Positions 5,282 to 6,117 of a stretch of 6,117 bases of DNA are shown here, piece after piece. Made by a program: the position numbers and the translations under genes. The notes under the pieces are model-generated. The model ran no database searches and had not been told where the DNA came from. It saw nothing but the letters and a program-made list of their open reading frames with translations. The first letter of the stretch is position 1, and each line of letters begins with the position of its first letter. Source of the DNA: a virus; the IMG/VR virus record IMGVR_UViG_3300020030_000044, positions 1 through 6,117 of that record. The stretch is one strand, 5' to 3'.

Positions 5282-5422
5282 TTAATAAAAAACCAAAGTT
5301 TCACAACTTTCCATAGAGGTCAAGAAAGAACGATAGAAAAATGCGCGGCCTCTCCTGCAGTCGTTACCAATAACCTTCAGCGATTCACGAACTCTCGCAG
5401 AAGGGGTCCGCGCACGTAGCAT
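5282..5422 (-). CDS. Candidate 46-aa Arg-rich protein (J/VP8-like?), below the ORF-track size cut-off; competes with a non-coding reading of this region
   Basis: ATG at 5422-5420 (22 nt after the upstream stop) and TAA at 5284-5282 (31 nt before ATG 5250). My codon-by-codon translation is MLRARTPSARVRESLKVIGNDCRRGRAFFYRSFLTSMESCETLVFY, with 9 K/R, 4 D/E and an aromatic/hydrophobic C-terminus. Most Arg codons come from the GC-rich hairpin arms, so the ORF may be fortuitous. Confidence 0.3.
   Translation of the reverse strand: MLRARTPSARVRESLKVIGNDCRRGRAFFYRSFLTSMESCETLVFY
5342..5414. other. Long imperfect stem-loop in the main spacer (arms of 17-18 nt, 38-nt loop); candidate terminator and/or ssDNA origin structure
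   Basis: TGCGCGGCCTCTCCTGC (5342..5358) pairs with GCAGAAGGGGTCCGCGCA (5397..5414). Seven perfect G:C-rich pairs sit at the base (TGCGCGG/CCGCGCA). Ten more positions follow, with one bulged T, one mismatch and one G:T. On the coding strand the structure is followed directly by TTTTT (5341..5337). Confidence 0.55.
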
Positions 5423-5444
5423 ATATCGTCAAGTAAAGGATATA

Positions 5445-5741
5445 CTATTTTTCTTCAGAATTAGAGGGCTTCGAAGCAGACTTAGCCTTATCGAGCTGAG
5501 AATCAATGAGTTCCTGTCCAACCTCGAGACCGTCGAACTTATCCATGCGAGAGAAGGAGTTGGGATCAAAATCGATATCGGGATTGAACCTCTCACCCTT
5601 CTCAAAATCGGAAGGTTCGGCTACCACATCCGGACGGCCGGGAAGAACATCGACGGAGCCAGAACCGTTAAGAACGGAAAGAATGCGCTGACCACGAGCG
5701 ACGTAAGCAGGAGCATCTTCAAGTAACCAATCAAGTGCCAT
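5445..5741 (-). CDS. Hypothetical acidic protein, 98 aa, immediately downstream of VP1
   Basis: ATG at 5741-5739, 12 nt after the VP1 stop, and TAG at 5447-5445. By my count there are 20 D/E against 11 K/R (MALDWLLEDAPAYVARGQRILSVLNGSGSVDVLPGRPDVVAEPSDFEKGERFNPDIDFDPNSFSRMDKFDGLEVGQELIDSQLDKAKSASKPSNSEEK). I recognise no motif. Confidence 0.65.
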   Translation of the reverse strand: MALDWLLEDAPAYVARGQRILSVLNGSGSVDVLPGRPDVVAEPSDFEKGERFNPDIDFDPNSFSRMDKFDGLEVGQELIDSQLDKAKSASKPSNSEEK

Positions 5742-5753
5742 AAAATCAATGTA

Positions 5754-6117
5754 TTAGCGATTAGACAAACGGGTTGCAAATGTTTTATTAACCAAATTCT
5801 TCTTCTGAACAGAATACGAAAGGTTGACAAAGAAATTATCTTCCATCTTGGAAGCGAACGGAGAGTTTACCTGATCAATATCCACGAACAAGAGGGAGTA
5901 ATACTGGTTATAACTTGCCGACAAAACGCGCTGTTGAACCCAATAAGAATAAAGAGGCACGCTATCGGCAGCTCCTTGGAATCGAGACAGCTGACCAAGA
6001 ACCTCGTCATATGAGGATCGAAACTCGTTAAAACACGGCTCGTAAGCCACAGTCTCCGAAGCCGAGGTAGTTCCAAAGCCAAATTGGAATCCGGGAACAT
6101 CCTGATAACCAATGTCA
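5754..6117 (-). CDS. VP1: Major capsid protein VP1, C-terminal part (unique part 5754..5996; 5997..6117 duplicates 1..121)
   Basis: Same reading frame as 1..1548 once the 121-nt overlap is collapsed (5,996-nt unit). TAA stop at 5756-5754. The track ORF 5754..6050 starts at an internal GTG and is only the tail (..AYEPCFNEFRSSYDEVLGQLSRFQGAADSVPLYSYWVQQRVL...SYSVQKKNLVNKTFATRLSNR). Confidence 0.9.
   Translation of the reverse strand, partial: DIGYQDVPGFQFGFGTTSASETVAYEPCFNEFRSSYDEVLGQLSRFQGAADSVPLYSYWVQQRVLSASYNQYYSLLFVDIDQVNSPFASKMEDNFFVNLSYSVQKKNLVNKTFATRLSNR
5997..6117. repeat. Terminal overlap, copy 2 (closure of a circular contig)
   Basis: Exact 121/121 identity with 1..121. Confidence 0.95.

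Larger units (their letters stand above)
1..5996 (-). other. One complete unit of a circular Microviridae (ssDNA phage) genome, 5,996 nt; the coding (viral-sense) strand is the window's - strand
   Basis: 1..121 is base-for-base identical to 5997..6117, and one - strand reading frame runs uninterrupted through that junction. The unit carries the three hallmark microvirus genes (F/VP1-like capsid, H/VP2-like pilot, A/VP4-like HUH Rep). All are co-oriented and tightly packed. Confidence 0.9.

Noticed and set aside
5251-5304. The track's longer version of the lipoprotein ORF (79 aa from 5304).
   Set aside because: Position 5304 is a GTG. The extra MKLWFFINSHGGRKKPNS would put 18 residues in front of an otherwise canonical signal peptide, and it overlaps the alternative 46-aa frame. 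The ATG at 5250 gives a textbook n-h-lipobox layout.
5294-5309. A small AT-rich hairpin AAAGTT-tcac-AACTTT.
   Set aside because: It has only 6 weak pairs, is expected by chance in AT-rich spacer DNA, and overlaps the weak promoter-like motif.
5410-5434. A dif-like XerC/D site (GCGCACGTAGCATATATCGTCAAGT compared with E. coli dif GCGCATAATGTATATTATGTTAAAT), which could support chromosomal integration without an integrase.
   Set aside because: Only about 15 of 25 positions match by my alignment, and the XerD-arm half is poor. The relevant host dif sequence is unknown. It is worth a computational check against candidate host dif sites but is not supportable here.
5439-5447. The - strand TAGTATATC resembles the circovirus/CRESS nonanucleotide TAGTATTAC.
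   Set aside because: It matches only 7 of 9 positions, is not in the loop of a hairpin, and overlaps the stop codon of the acidic ORF. Microvirus Reps are not known to use that nonanucleotide.

Overview
The window is one complete, circularly closed ssDNA phage genome of the family Microviridae. It is not phiX-like; its grade is gokushovirus/alpavirus-like. It is linearised inside its own major capsid gene. Bases 1..121 are identical to 5997..6117, so the unit length is 5,996 nt. Every credible gene is on the - strand, so the viral-sense strand is the reverse complement of the printed one. Gene order on that strand: (1) major capsid VP1, 1548->1 continuing 5996->5754, 596 aa, absent from the supplied ORF track because it runs off the window edge; (2) an acidic 98-aa ORF; (3) a ~140-nt region with a long imperfect hairpin, alternatively a 46-aa Arg-rich ORF; (4) a 61-aa predicted lipoprotein; (5) the DNA pilot/minor capsid protein VP2, 422 aa; (6) three ORFans, with a second hairpin-bearing spacer before the last one; (7) the HUH replication initiator VP4, 356 aa, GTG start, whose stop lies 3 nt from the VP1 ATG. 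I see no tRNA, rRNA, CRISPR array, integrase, host flank or recognisable lysin. The items most worth follow-up are the small lipoprotein coupled to VP2 (candidate lysis or superinfection-exclusion factor), the two structured non-coding regions (candidate origin/terminator elements), two sub-threshold basic mini-ORFs (candidate J/VP8-like DNA-condensing peptides), and the ORFan block between VP2 and Rep. All functional calls rest on motif and pattern recognition by eye; no database search was possible.
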